In this document: piece after piece, positions 46,155 through 57,168 of the stretch
Layout of the letters: every line of letters begins with the position of its first letter
How positions within the stretch are numbered: position 1 is the stretch's first letter
Assembly (NCBI GenBank): GCA_016290905.1
Contig: JAEEVO010000001.1
Location: 61,412-125,411 of the forward strand
DNA length: 64,000 bases
Reading direction: 5' to 3'
Origin: Lachnospiraceae bacterium
GTDB lineage: Bacteria; Bacillota; Clostridia; Lachnospirales; Lachnospiraceae
Notes under the pieces: model-generated
What the model was told of the DNA's origin: nothing
Database searches by the model: none
Seen by the model: only the letters and a program-made list of their open reading frames with translations
Program-made: the position numbers and the translations under genes

Positions 46155-47228
46155 ATGTTTGAAAAGATAGAAGAACTTGAACGGCGTTATGAGGAGATAC
46201 AGGCCGAACTCTCCGAACCCGCCGTCGTAAACGATCAGAACAGATTCAGGAAGCTCATGAAGGAACAGACCGACATGGGCGCGATAGTTGAAAAATACAG
46301 GGAATATAAATCTGTAAAGAAAACGGTTGAAGAAAGCCTTGAACTTTTGGACAGCGAGAACGATCCCGATATGAGGGAGATGATAAAAGAAGAGCTTTCG
46401 GATGCCAGACAGAGGATACCCGAGATAGAAAACGAGCTGAAGATACTTCTTCTGCCCAAGGATCCCAACGATGAGAAAAACGTTGTCGTGGAGATACACG
46501 GCGGTGCCGGCGGTGATGAAGCGGCTCTGTTTGCGGCAGACCTTTACAGAATGTACAGTAAGTATGCAGATTCGCAGCGCTGGAAGATAGAGCTTGTCAG
46601 TATCAATGAAAGCGGTATAGGCGGATTTAAGGAAGTAATATTCATGGTCAATGGGAAGGGCGCTTATTCCAGGCTGAAATATGAGAGCGGCGTTCATCGT
46701 GTGCAGCGTATCCCCGTAACTGAGTCGGGCGGACGTATCCATACTTCGACCGCTACTGTTGCCATCATGCCCGAAGCGGAGGAGGTTGAGGTAAATCTCG
46801 ACCTGAACGACTGTAAGTTTGACGTTTTCCGTGCCTCGGGAAACGGCGGACAGTGTGTCAACACCACGGACTCCGCGGTAAGGCTTACGCATATCCCGAC
46901 AGGTATTGTAATTTCATGTCAGGACGAGAAGTCCCAGTTAAAGAACAGGGACAAGGCTTTAAGGGTACTTCGTGCAAAGCTTTATGAACTTGAGCTTGAG
47001 AAGGCACATGACGCCGAGGCGGAAGCGAAGAGAAGCCAGGTCGGGACGGGAGACCGTTCGGAGAAGATAAGGACCTACAATTTCCCTCAGAGCCGTTGTA
47101 CCGATCACAGGATAAAGCTTACCCTTTATACACTTGATGATGTAATGAACGGAAATCTTGACCAGCTTATTGACAGTCTGACTGCGGCAGATCAGGCGGC
47201 AAAGCTTTTAAAGATGAGTGAAAGCTAA
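46155..47228 (+). CDS. prfA: Peptide chain release factor 1
   Basis: ATG 46155 ([16 protein letters not shown]). PVT tripeptide-anticodon-type motif region RIPVTES and the GGQ motif [16 protein letters not shown]. Confidence 0.95.
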   Translation: MFEKIEELERRYEEIQAELSEPAVVNDQNRFRKLMKEQTDMGAIVEKYREYKSVKKTVEESLELLDSENDPDMREMIKEELSDARQRIPEIENELKILLLPKDPNDEKNVVVEIHGGAGGDEAALFAADLYRMYSKYADSQRWKIELVSINESGIGGFKEVIFMVNGKGAYSRLKYESGVHRVQRIPVTESGGRIHTSTATVAIMPEAEEVEVNLDLNDCKFDVFRASGNGGQCVNTTDSAVRLTHIPTGIVISCQDEKSQLKNRDKALRVLRAKLYELELEKAHDAEAEAKRSQVGTGDRSEKIRTYNFPQSRCTDHRIKLTLYTLDDVMNGNLDQLIDSLTAADQAAKLLKMSES

Positions 47229-47251
47229 ACGATTTTTCGGATGGTTTTATT

Positions 47252-48076
47252 ATGGAAATGATAACAAGCAATAAAAACGAGAAGATAAAGAATTTACAGG
47301 CCCTGCTTAAGTTAAAGAAAGAACGCGATAGGCAGGGCGTTTTTGTAATTGAAGGTCTCAGGATTTTTAAGGATACATTGGAAACCGCGCCCGGATTTAT
47401 TGAGGGAATATATGTTTCGGAGAGTTTTGCCTCGGGTACTTTTATGGATGAATTAAAGGCGGGAATATCCGAAACCGATAATCTGAGGCTGAGGTTAAGC
47501 GAGAAGATCACGGTGATCAGGGAAAGCATATTTAACAGTATCAGCCAGACAGTCACGCCTCAGGGGATCATGTGCATCGTTAAGAAACCGGAGTATCGGA
47601 TGGAAGATATAACGGGAGCTCTTTCGGAAAAATCCGGTCACGTAAAAATACTGTTACTGGAAAACATCCAGGATCCGGGAAACCTCGGAACCATGCTCAG
47701 GACAGCGGAGGCGGCGGGAACAGCCGGTATTGTAATGAGCAGGGATTGTGCCGATATTTTTAACCCGAAGGTTGTACGGAGCACCATGGGTTCGATTTTC
47801 CGCGTTCCTTTTATCTATGCGGAAGATTTCTGTGCAGCAACCGGACAGCTGAAAGCTAACGGCTTCACGATATATGCAGCATATCTTCACGGCGGGGTAA
47901 AATATACCGGGGTACATTATGACGTGAAAAGTGCCATAATGATAGGAAATGAAGGAAACGGGCTTACCGACGAAGCAGTTGCCATAGCAGACAAAAGACT
48001 CTATATTCCCATGGCAGGAAAGATAGAGTCCTTAAATGCCGCTGTTGCGGCGGCTATACTGTTGTATCATGTGTGA
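47252..48076 (+). CDS. TrmH/SpoU-family RNA 2'-O-methyltransferase
   Basis: LENIQDPGNLGTMLRTAEAAG, MIGNEGNGL and IESLNAAVAAAILLY SPOUT motifs. Confidence 0.85.
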   Translation: MEMITSNKNEKIKNLQALLKLKKERDRQGVFVIEGLRIFKDTLETAPGFIEGIYVSESFASGTFMDELKAGISETDNLRLRLSEKITVIRESIFNSISQTVTPQGIMCIVKKPEYRMEDITGALSEKSGHVKILLLENIQDPGNLGTMLRTAEAAGTAGIVMSRDCADIFNPKVVRSTMGSIFRVPFIYAEDFCAATGQLKANGFTIYAAYLHGGVKYTGVHYDVKSAIMIGNEGNGLTDEAVAIADKRLYIPMAGKIESLNAAVAAAILLYHV

Positions 48077-50941
48077 TCACACATTCTCATTTTTCAATGC
48101 GTCTATAGTATTATCACGATTGATCTTGCCGGAAGCATAGAGCATTGTTATGAACACTACAAGTATGACTGCGGCTATTGCAATGAGTACACTGTACCAG
48201 GGGATACTGAATGCTACCGAAAAGGCAGAATTTGTTATCCGGTAGACAGCGTACGTTGTAAGTATTGCCAGCGGCATACCGAAGAGAATGCTTTTTATGC
48301 CGTATATGAGACATTCGATGTTAAGCATTTTCCTGACGCCTCTGTTTGACATTCCCATTGATTTTAACATTGCAAATTCCCTGCGCCGAAGGGCAACGTT
48401 CGTAGATATTGTATTAAATACGTTGGCTATGGCTACTAAGGAAATGAGCAATACAAAACCGAATGAGAATATGTTTATCATTTTTCGCATGAAGTGTATG
48501 TTTTCATTTGTCTGGGCATAGTTGAATACCCCCGAGGTATCCAGATTGTTTTCGTTCAGCAGTCGGTTTATGTCTTTTTCCGAGGCTTCGGCATTCGAAC
48601 TGTATATATAGTACTCGTAATCCGACAATACTTCTTCATACTCGGCGCCCATGGAGCTGAAGGGAAGAATGATCACCGGATTCGGGTCAAAGAGATAGTC
48701 CCTGTTATATGTAACGCCTATTACGGTGATATCGGTTGTTCGTTCAAGCTCGGATCTTTTAACGAAAAGGGACTTGTTAAGCAGCATATCCTTTTCATCT
48801 TCTGTGAGGCTGTCCGAAAGGATGGCTGAGGTAATATCGTTCCCTGAAGCTTTGTTGTTTGATATGTTTTCCAAGCTTTCCGTAACGCCTGCATAGTCCC
48901 GGTCAAGCATCTCGTAGAAAAGATCAAAATATTCCTCTTCAATATATATGTTATATATCTCTCCGGTTTTATCGACGTTTTCAAAAACCATGAATTTGTT
49001 GTCAATTTCATAGGGAGAGCTGAACCACAATATACTAACGTCCTTTGGAAGATCCTCTTCTTCAAAGAGTTTAAATTCATAGGTCTTTTTGTTGCCTTCC
49101 TCGTCATAGATGTTTCTTACTCCGAGATCGTAGGCTATTGCCTGATTTTTGCCGGAAGAGGGATCATATGGAATGTCTTCTTCAGCGGCGAGCTTTCGGA
49201 AGTTTTCATCATCCATGAATACAACGGAAGGAACTGTCGCAATATCATCCTCACTATCAATACCGGGGATGTTGACGCCGCTCAAGTAATACATTTCCCT
49301 TATCCTTATGACATTTGTTACGTATTCTGCCGATCTTAAGATTTCCTCGGTTTTTTCAGGCAGCCCATTCTCAATCTGTTCGTAGTCGAAATACGGAAAG
49401 TAGACAAGAGACATATTTCCGGAATAAAACTCGTCATTGGATGCACCTGTTAAGTATGAGGAAAAAGAAGACGCAGTAATGAAGAGGACTATGCTTAAGG
49501 TAAGAGAGATTATGGTGGTACGGTATTTGCTGCGGTTTCGCCAATAGTTTTTTGATGCAAGCATTCCCTCAATCCCGAAAAGCTTGGAAAGGATCAGGGA
49601 TTTCCTGAATTTTTTCCCTATCTTTATTTCGTTGTTCTGGCGTATAGAGTCGACGGGAGAAAGATTCCCCGCTCTTAATGCGGGTATGATGGCCGAGATG
49701 AAGGTAGTGGCCATTACGATAAGAACAGCGGCAAGCAGGAGAGGGATATTTATTACCAGCTTAATGGTTGTGCTTTCGGCTCCTTCATATCCTCCATAGT
49801 TTGCAAGGAATGAAGTGAAGCCTTCTTTTAGCAGATAAAGCGTGCTGCCTATACCGAGACAGCCTGTTAAAAGTCCGAGTGGTATTCCTATACCGCATTC
49901 AAACAGGGCTTCATATAAGATTGTTTTTCTTATCTGTTTCTTTGTCGCACCTGTGGATTTCAGTATTCCTATCTGTTTGGTACGTTCACTGACAGAGATG
50001 GAAAATGCGTTATAGATCAGGGCAATCGTTCCGAAGAGGATGAAAGCTATGAGAAGGATGATAAGTCCGTAGACATAGATGGAGTAGGATTTTGTAGCTC
50101 CACCGTAAAGAGCTACCAGCTCCCTGTTTTTCGTGAGCATCGTTTCGGGATGAATTTCCTTAAAGCTGCCTGCAAAATCGTTAAAAATCTGCGGATCCTT
50201 TAATCGGAAAAAGACTTTGAAACTGTCGGAATCGGTTACCTGTAGGCTGTCAGAGACGGTTATGGCTGTATATCCGGGACACTCGAAATCTTCTATAGTG
50301 TAAGGCAGCCTGGGTATTATGCCGCATACAGTGTAGGTTTTTTCAGTGCTTCCCTGCTTTGGTACAAGGTATTCGTTACGGATATGAGCGGTATCGTCGC
50401 CTGTTATGAGGATACTTTCGAAGCTTTCCGTTTTATTTGTCGTTTCGGCAGCCTTGTCATAATATCTGTCGCTTAAGGTGACTTTGACGGTATCTCCCAC
50501 TTTGTAGGATACATTTCCGTTGTATTCCAGATGTTCCGAGATCAGTAGTTCGCTGCTGTTTTGGGGCATCCTTCCGGATATTAACTTAAGGTTTAAGAAA
50601 TCGGTGATGTCAGGTGTGGTTTCCTTGATAAGAAGATAGGGTTTTGCGGTGTTTGAGGAATCGGCATAGGTCCAGCCCAGGGTCTTGTAAACAAGGACGG
50701 ATTCGGTCTCGCCGGTTTTTGTTAAGTATTCAAGACTGTTCGGAGACATGTTGGAAACTGAACCGTGGTAATTACCGTATGTTTCCATTACAACATTACG
50801 CATGTAAATAAGACCGCTGTATCCGCCTTCTATTACGGCAGTAACGAGTGCCATGGAAAGCGTGATACCGATCACGGTCATGATTGTCCGCAGACGGTTG
50901 CATTTTAAATTTCTTTTGACATAGGTTCCGAAAATATTCAT
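48077..50941 (-). CDS. ABC transporter permease with two FtsX-type modules (MacB/YxdM-like)
   Basis: 954 aa. N- and C-terminal FtsX 4-TM modules (KSTGATKKQIRK... and LKSMGMSNRGVRKM...) separated by a large extracytoplasmic region. Confidence 0.85.
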   Translation of the reverse strand: MNIFGTYVKRNLKCNRLRTIMTVIGITLSMALVTAVIEGGYSGLIYMRNVVMETYGNYHGSVSNMSPNSLEYLTKTGETESVLVYKTLGWTYADSSNTAKPYLLIKETTPDITDFLNLKLISGRMPQNSSELLISEHLEYNGNVSYKVGDTVKVTLSDRYYDKAAETTNKTESFESILITGDDTAHIRNEYLVPKQGSTEKTYTVCGIIPRLPYTIEDFECPGYTAITVSDSLQVTDSDSFKVFFRLKDPQIFNDFAGSFKEIHPETMLTKNRELVALYGGATKSYSIYVYGLIILLIAFILFGTIALIYNAFSISVSERTKQIGILKSTGATKKQIRKTILYEALFECGIGIPLGLLTGCLGIGSTLYLLKEGFTSFLANYGGYEGAESTTIKLVINIPLLLAAVLIVMATTFISAIIPALRAGNLSPVDSIRQNNEIKIGKKFRKSLILSKLFGIEGMLASKNYWRNRSKYRTTIISLTLSIVLFITASSFSSYLTGASNDEFYSGNMSLVYFPYFDYEQIENGLPEKTEEILRSAEYVTNVIRIREMYYLSGVNIPGIDSEDDIATVPSVVFMDDENFRKLAAEEDIPYDPSSGKNQAIAYDLGVRNIYDEEGNKKTYEFKLFEEEDLPKDVSILWFSSPYEIDNKFMVFENVDKTGEIYNIYIEEEYFDLFYEMLDRDYAGVTESLENISNNKASGNDITSAILSDSLTEDEKDMLLNKSLFVKRSELERTTDITVIGVTYNRDYLFDPNPVIILPFSSMGAEYEEVLSDYEYYIYSSNAEASEKDINRLLNENNLDTSGVFNYAQTNENIHFMRKMINIFSFGFVLLISLVAIANVFNTISTNVALRRREFAMLKSMGMSNRGVRKMLNIECLIYGIKSILFGMPLAILTTYAVYRITNSAFSVAFSIPWYSVLIAIAAVILVVFITMLYASGKINRDNTIDALKNENV

Positions 50942-50950
50942 GGTTATCCT

Positions 50951-51646
50951 TTATGATAAAGCACGTTTACGCAATACTTCGTTGCGGACTATCCTGCCGT
51001 CCTCTATGGCGAGTATCCTGTCGGCCTGCAGGGCTATTGATTCATCATGCGTTATGACTATAAGGGTCTGATTGTATTTGATATTGGAATATTTAAGCAG
51101 ATTTACGATTTCCTGACTGTTTTTTGAGTCAAGGTTTCCTGTCGGTTCATCGGCGAGTACAACGGAAGGGGCGTTCATTAAGGCTCTTCCTATGGAGACA
51201 CGCTGTTGTTGCCCACCGGACAATTGGTTCGGGAGATTGTCCTTTCTGTCGGAAAGTTTTAATACATCGAGAAGCTCGTCCAGTCTTTCGTTATTTATTT
51301 TTCTTCCGTCCATCAGTACCGGAAGGGTAATGTTCTCTACGACATTAAGTACCGGGATCAGATTGTAGAACTGATATACGAGCCCGACATAACGTCGTCT
51401 GAATATGGCAAGATTTTCTTCATCCTGGGCATAGACATCCTGCCCGTCCATGTAAACTTTTCCCGAGGTCGGGCGGTCCACTCCGCCTATGATGTGCAGA
51501 AGCGTGGATTTTCCGGAACCCGAGGGTCCGATTATTGCAAGGAACTCTCCGCGCTGTACACTGAAGGACACATCATCAAGTGCTTTTACAAGTGTTGAGC
51601 CGGAGCCGTATTCCTTTGTTATGTTTTCAACCTTTAATAATTCCAT
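50951..51646 (-). CDS. ABC transporter ATP-binding protein (MacB/LolD-type)
   Basis: Walker A GPSGSGKST, signature LSGGQQQR, Walker B VVLADEPTGNLD. Confidence 0.9.
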   Translation of the reverse strand: MELLKVENITKEYGSGSTLVKALDDVSFSVQRGEFLAIIGPSGSGKSTLLHIIGGVDRPTSGKVYMDGQDVYAQDEENLAIFRRRYVGLVYQFYNLIPVLNVVENITLPVLMDGRKINNERLDELLDVLKLSDRKDNLPNQLSGGQQQRVSIGRALMNAPSVVLADEPTGNLDSKNSQEIVNLLKYSNIKYNQTLIVITHDESIALQADRILAIEDGRIVRNEVLRKRALS

Positions 51647-51902
51647 GACGATCTCCTTAAAAAGCTGACAGATCTGTAATTTTTCCCTATAAGTTAAACC
51701 TTTTTATATGTCATTCTGATATTTTATTATAAAGCATAAAAGTGACTTTTGGGTGACAAAAACGGATAAATTGCGGGAAACTTTTTATTGCCAAAAAATA
51801 AGTAAAATGTTATACTTACGGCTAAGGATCTTAAAAACCTGTATGTTTTTGAGACATACGGAATACAGTATTAATAAGGGAAATCAGGTCAGGTAGGATA
51901 TA

Positions 51903-52505
51903 ATGAAGGCAGTAATAGGTCTTGGGAACCCCGGAAGGGATTACGCGGGTACCCGGCATAATATAGGATTTGATACGATAACGGCACTAACGGACAAGTT
52001 CGGACTAAAGCTTTCGGACAGGAAGTTTAAGGGAATATGCGCGGACGGGATGATCGCAGGTCAGCGGGTCGTACTTATACAACCCCAGACGTACATGAAC
52101 TTAAGCGGAGAATGTGTAAGAGCGGTAGCTGATTTTTACAAGCTCGCCCCGGAAGACATTATCATAATATGTGACGATGTCAATCTTGATGTGGGCCGTA
52201 TAAGGATACGCAAGAAAGGCAGTGCCGGCGGACATAACGGATTAAAGAGCATTATAGCTCATCTCGGGACCGATGAGTTCCCGAGGATACGTGTCGGCGT
52301 CGGAGAAAAACGGGAAGGGCAGGATCTGGCCGATCATGTTCTGGGCCGTTTTAAAAGAGAGGACGAGGAGACTATAAGGGAAATCCTTAAGGCCGCCGCA
52401 GGAGCAGTTGAAACATGGCTTGGGGAAGGTATAGATGCCGCTATGAACCGGTACAATTCCCTCGGTAAGAAGGAAAAGGATACAGAGAAAACGGATAGTA
52501 TATGA
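51903..52505 (+). CDS. pth: Peptidyl-tRNA hydrolase
   Basis: VIGLGNPGRDYAGTRHNIGF and GGHNGLKSI motifs. Confidence 0.95.
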   Translation: MKAVIGLGNPGRDYAGTRHNIGFDTITALTDKFGLKLSDRKFKGICADGMIAGQRVVLIQPQTYMNLSGECVRAVADFYKLAPEDIIIICDDVNLDVGRIRIRKKGSAGGHNGLKSIIAHLGTDEFPRIRVGVGEKREGQDLADHVLGRFKREDEETIREILKAAAGAVETWLGEGIDAAMNRYNSLGKKEKDTEKTDSI

Positions 52506-55500
52506 ATGCATTTACAGAACCTTTAAAGGAATACTCCGTCATTGAAGAAATAAAAACATCATTAGCCAAAGGAAAGACTCCGATCAGGGTTACCGGATGT
52601 GCGGGCGCACAGAAAAGTAACCTTATTTTTGCTGTCGGAAACGGTTTTTCACAGAGGCTTATCATAACTGAAAACGAGATAAGGGCAAGGGAACTGGCCT
52701 CGGATATGGCGCTTTACGACCATAATACTTATCTGTATCCGGAAAAGGACATTCTTTTTTACAGTGCCGATGTAAGGGGAAATACGATTCAGTGCGAAAG
52801 ACTGAGGATCATAAAAAGGATCCTGAATGATGAGAATATAACGGTTGTGGCAAGTGTATCGGCAGGACTTGACCGTCTGCCTGACCGGGAGCGCATGAAG
52901 TCTCAGATAATTCATATAGACTTAAGCTTCGCTTCCGAACCGGAGGACCTGTCAAAACGACTGACCGGGATAGGATACGCCAGGGAAGCTGTGGCCGAAC
53001 TTCCGGGACAGTTCGCGGTACGCGGCGGAATAGTTGATATATTCCCGGTTCAGGAGGAGGTACCGGTCAGGCTTGAGTTCTGGGGTGACAACATTGACTC
53101 GATAAGAAGCTATGATCCCGTAAGCCAGAGGTCAATAGAAAACATTACCGAAACGGACATATTTCCGGCCCAGGAGATCATTGTTTCTTCAGAGGAGATG
53201 GAAAAGGGTTTAAGGCAGATAGAAAAAGACGCAAAAAAACTCGAAAAGAAGTTTAACGATGCGTCGGACGGAGCGGCTGCCGGAAACATGAGACGGACCA
53301 TAAACGAATTAAAGGAAAATCTTGAGTTTTTTAAAGGAAATGTGGATCTCGACAGCTACGTCAATTATTTTCTGGAGGATACTGTTTCGTTCTTTGATTA
53401 TTTTGATAAGGAGAATACTGCTGTATTCATGGATGAACCCCAGAAGGTGGGTGCATCTCTTTCTTCGGTTGAGCTGGAATTCGGGGAAAGCATGAAGAGC
53501 CGTCTTTCAAAGGGATATATAGTTCCGGGACAGATGAATGCGGTTTTTGATGAGAAGTATCTTTTGGCAAGGCTCGCAGGACACAGGCTTGCCATGCTCT
53601 CGACCATGGACTACCGTTTTTCGGATATACCGGCATTAAAGAACTTTGAGCTTTCGGTTTCGGCTACAGCATCCTATAACGGTAATTTTGATATGCTGAT
53701 CTCGGATCTGTCCAAGTGGAAGAAACGTAAGTACAGGGTCATACTGCTTGCGGCTTCAAAATCGAGATGTATCAGGCTTGCTGAGGATCTGAGGGATTCC
53801 GGTATCAGTGCATTCTTCAATGATGATGAGAATAGGGCTCCCGGAGAGGGTGAGGTTGCCGTTATGTCCGGATCTTTGAGCAGAGGCTTTGAATACCCGC
53901 TCATAAGGTTTGCAGTTATCTGTGAATCGGATATTTTTGGAACTCAGAAGGTTAAGAACAAAAAGAAGCCCTACAAAGGTAAGGGCAGCAGGATAGAGAG
54001 CTTTGCCGAACTGAATCCCGGAGACTATGTTGTTCATGAGAGCTACGGCATAGGCATTTACCGCGGTATGGAACAGGTAGAGATAAACAATATCTTCAAG
54101 GATTACATAAAGGTCGAGTATAACGGCGGAGGAACGCTTTATGTTTTAGCATCCGCAATGGGTCAGCTTCAGAAATATGCGGGAGCAGACACGGGAAGGG
54201 CTCCAAAGCTTAACAGGCTTGACTCGGGAGAGTGGAAAAAGACAAAAGCCAGGGTGCAGAGTGCGGTCAGGGATATTGCCGCGGAACTTATAAGGCTTTA
54301 TGCGATACGACAGGCGGGGACCGGTCACAGGTTCGGTAAGGATACTGTATGGCAGAAGGAGTTTGAGGAACTGTTTCCTTTTGATGAGACCGAGGATCAG
54401 CTGAAAGCCATAGAGGAAACGAAGAAGGACATGGAAAGCAGTCATATCATGGACCGTCTTATTTGCGGTGATGTAGGCTTCGGGAAAACAGAGATAGCCA
54501 TAAGGGCGGCTTTTAAGGCTGTTCAGGACGGAAAACAGGTTGCAGTCCTTGTTCCGACGACAATCCTTGCCCAACAGCATTACAATACCTTCATACAGAG
54601 AATGGCAGGATACCCCGTAAATATAGGGATGCTGTCGAGATTCCGTACACGTGCCGAGCAGACGAAGGTCGTGGAAAAATTGAAAAACGGACTTGTTGAT
54701 ATAGTAATAGGTACGCACAGGCTTCTTTCAAAGGATATCGGTTTTAAGAACCTGGGGCTTCTTGTAGTGGATGAGGAACAGCGTTTCGGAGTTACCCACA
54801 AGGAAAAGATAAAGCAGATGAAGGGAAATGTGGATGTACTGACTCTTACGGCCACTCCCATTCCCAGGACGCTTCACATGAGTCTTGCGGGGATCAGAGA
54901 TATGAGTGTGCTCGATGAAGCACCTGTGGACAGGCTTCCGATACAGACCTTTGTACTCGAATATAACGAGGAGGTTGTCCGTGAGGCAATCAACAGGGAG
55001 ATAACAAGGGGCGGACAGGTTTATTACGTACACAACAGGGTTGCGGGTATTGATGATGTGACCGCATCGCTTATGAAGCTTGTTCCCGACGCAAACATAG
55101 TTTATGCTCACGGAAAGATGAATGAAAGGGAACTTGAGGATATCATGTTTTCCTTTGTAAACGGTGATATAGATGTTCTTGTTTCAACGACCATTATCGA
55201 AACGGGACTTGATATTTCTAATGTAAATACGATAATAATTGATGATGCGGACAAGTTCGGACTTTCCCAGCTGTATCAGTTAAGGGGAAGGGTAGGAAGA
55301 TCAAACCGTACCGCCTTTGCCTTCATGATGTACAGGAGAGACAGGCAACTGAAAGAGGATGCCGAAAAGAGGCTTGAAGCGATAAAGGAATTTACCGAGC
55401 TCGGAAGCGGGATAAAGATAGCTATGAGGGATCTTGAAATCCGAGGAGCGGGAAACCTGCTCGGAGCCGAACAGAGCGGACATATGGAGTCTGTCGGTTA

Positions 55501-56086
55501 TGAGCTTTACTGCAAGATGCTCAATCAGGCCGTAAAGAATCTTAAACCGGGTGAGTTCGAGGTTGAATACTATCAGACCTCGATTGACCTTGAGATGGAT
55601 GCGTTCATCCCGAGTTCATACATAAAGAACGAGCTTCAGAAGCTTGATATGTACAAGAGGATTGCAGCTGTTGACAATGAAAGTACTCTTATGGATCTTG
55701 AGGAGGAGCTTACGGACAGGTACGGGGATCTGCCTCAGCCGGTCATAAACCTTCTTTATATTGCACTTACAAAGGCTGAGGCACATGATGCGTTTGTCAT
55801 CTCCATAACCCAGAAGGGTCTGGTTGTGGATCTCAAGATGTATGAGAAGGCAAGGCTTGATGTCGCAAGGATACCGGAGCTGCTTAAAAAATATAACGGA
55901 GCTTTCAGAATGTATCCCGGAAAGGTACCGAGGTTTGATTATGTACTGCAGTCCGAACGAGGGAAAAAGACCTTGGGGTTTAAGCCCGAAGAAATATTCG
56001 GGCAGCTCAGGAGTTTATTTGATGATATGAAGGGGATAAGGCTAAATGAAAAGTCCGGAAATGAAGAAGAGAAGGAAAATTCATGA
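52502..56086 (+). CDS. mfd: Transcription-repair coupling factor
   Basis: 1194 aa. UvrB-homology N-terminus, CarD-like GDYVVHESYGIGIY, SF2 helicase motifs GDVGFGKTE and VVDEEQRFGV, TRG region. ATGA overlap with pth. Confidence 0.95.
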   Translation: MNAFTEPLKEYSVIEEIKTSLAKGKTPIRVTGCAGAQKSNLIFAVGNGFSQRLIITENEIRARELASDMALYDHNTYLYPEKDILFYSADVRGNTIQCERLRIIKRILNDENITVVASVSAGLDRLPDRERMKSQIIHIDLSFASEPEDLSKRLTGIGYAREAVAELPGQFAVRGGIVDIFPVQEEVPVRLEFWGDNIDSIRSYDPVSQRSIENITETDIFPAQEIIVSSEEMEKGLRQIEKDAKKLEKKFNDASDGAAAGNMRRTINELKENLEFFKGNVDLDSYVNYFLEDTVSFFDYFDKENTAVFMDEPQKVGASLSSVELEFGESMKSRLSKGYIVPGQMNAVFDEKYLLARLAGHRLAMLSTMDYRFSDIPALKNFELSVSATASYNGNFDMLISDLSKWKKRKYRVILLAASKSRCIRLAEDLRDSGISAFFNDDENRAPGEGEVAVMSGSLSRGFEYPLIRFAVICESDIFGTQKVKNKKKPYKGKGSRIESFAELNPGDYVVHESYGIGIYRGMEQVEINNIFKDYIKVEYNGGGTLYVLASAMGQLQKYAGADTGRAPKLNRLDSGEWKKTKARVQSAVRDIAAELIRLYAIRQAGTGHRFGKDTVWQKEFEELFPFDETEDQLKAIEETKKDMESSHIMDRLICGDVGFGKTEIAIRAAFKAVQDGKQVAVLVPTTILAQQHYNTFIQRMAGYPVNIGMLSRFRTRAEQTKVVEKLKNGLVDIVIGTHRLLSKDIGFKNLGLLVVDEEQRFGVTHKEKIKQMKGNVDVLTLTATPIPRTLHMSLAGIRDMSVLDEAPVDRLPIQTFVLEYNEEVVREAINREITRGGQVYYVHNRVAGIDDVTASLMKLVPDANIVYAHGKMNERELEDIMFSFVNGDIDVLVSTTIIETGLDISNVNTIIIDDADKFGLSQLYQLRGRVGRSNRTAFAFMMYRRDRQLKEDAEKRLEAIKEFTELGSGIKIAMRDLEIRGAGNLLGAEQSGHMESVGYELYCKMLNQAVKNLKPGEFEVEYYQTSIDLEMDAFIPSSYIKNELQKLDMYKRIAAVDNESTLMDLEEELTDRYGDLPQPVINLLYIALTKAEAHDAFVISITQKGLVVDLKMYEKARLDVARIPELLKKYNGAFRMYPGKVPRFDYVLQSERGKKTLGFKPEEIFGQLRSLFDDMKGIRLNEKSGNEEEKENS

Positions 56087-57143
56087 CAGCAGGATATCGC
56101 ACGGTAATGATCCGGGAGTTTGTTACGGGCTGTTTTTTAGCATGCTCCTTATTATTTCGGTAATGCTTTCCGCCTGTGCAAAACAAGAGACGCCAGTCCA
56201 AAAGAAACCGCAGATGCTTGACGATACTGTTTTCAGTGTTAACGGGGAACAGGTTTCGATAGGTGAGTGGAATCTTTATGCTCAGCCGGTCATAGAGAAA
56301 ACCGATGTGATGTACGGAAAAGAGATATGGGATTACAAAATGGATAATGAGGGCAGGCTTTTCGGGGAAGCCCTTCAGGAAAATATAAGAGACCGGATAG
56401 TTAACGTAAAAGTGGTCGCAGGTCATGCCAAAGAGCTGGAAGTAACTCTCAGCGAAGACGAAAGGACTGAGATAAGTATAGCCGTTGAAGAGTATCTTGA
56501 GAAGCTCACAGAAGAAGAGATGAAGGAATACGGCATTGACAGGGAAACGGTTGAAAAGGTGTATACAGATAATTATCTCGCAACCAAGGTTTATGAGCAT
56601 CTGACACTGAACGTAAATACCGAAACGGACGAAACCGATGTCCGCCACATGATCCTGCGCTACATAATGTTACCTAAAACTTATGAGGACAGGGAAGGAA
56701 ACACCTGCAGATACAGTAAAGAAGAGATGGATATAAAAAGAGAAACTCTTGAGATAATGCGGAATCAGACTTCAGAGAATCCGAATCTGTCCATAAAAGA
56801 TCTTGAGAATGAGAATTATGTGGTAACCGAGATAATTACCGATTATGCAGGTTTACGGGAGAAGCTGCCCGAAAAGCTGGCGGGGATCGTTTTCTGGCTG
56901 AGGGAAGGAGAGGTCGGAGATGTGATGGAAACCGATGCGGCACTGTTCCTTTTTGAATGTGTGAAGATAGAGGATGAAGCAAGTACACGGGCCGCCCGTG
57001 TAAGGATAATAGAAGAACGTGAGAAAAAGGTTTTTGAGGATTCGTTCGTAAAATGGAAGAAGGATATAATAGTTGAGAACAACCCGTCCATTTGGAAGAG
57101 TATAACCGACAGTATTAACGCAAACGGAGCCGTAACTGAGTAG
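56046..57143 (+). CDS. PrsA/SurA-like peptidyl-prolyl isomerase lipoprotein
   Basis: Lipobox-type signal ...ISVMLSAC. SurA_N-like region, then a parvulin-like segment DVRHMILRYI...LREGEVGDVMETDAALFLFE. The start is uncertain (56046 or 56061, both overlap the mfd 3' end). Confidence 0.6.
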   Translation: MKSPEMKKRRKIHDSRISHGNDPGVCYGLFFSMLLIISVMLSACAKQETPVQKKPQMLDDTVFSVNGEQVSIGEWNLYAQPVIEKTDVMYGKEIWDYKMDNEGRLFGEALQENIRDRIVNVKVVAGHAKELEVTLSEDERTEISIAVEEYLEKLTEEEMKEYGIDRETVEKVYTDNYLATKVYEHLTLNVNTETDETDVRHMILRYIMLPKTYEDREGNTCRYSKEEMDIKRETLEIMRNQTSENPNLSIKDLENENYVVTEIITDYAGLREKLPEKLAGIVFWLREGEVGDVMETDAALFLFECVKIEDEASTRAARVRIIEEREKKVFEDSFVKWKKDIIVENNPSIWKSITDSINANGAVTE

Positions 57144-57168
57144 TTATGACTCCGTTTTAAAAACTTTT

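Noticed and set aside
46116-46892. A 258-aa minus-strand ORF
   Set aside because: It is antisense to prfA, which carries the GGQ motif and full-length RF1 features.
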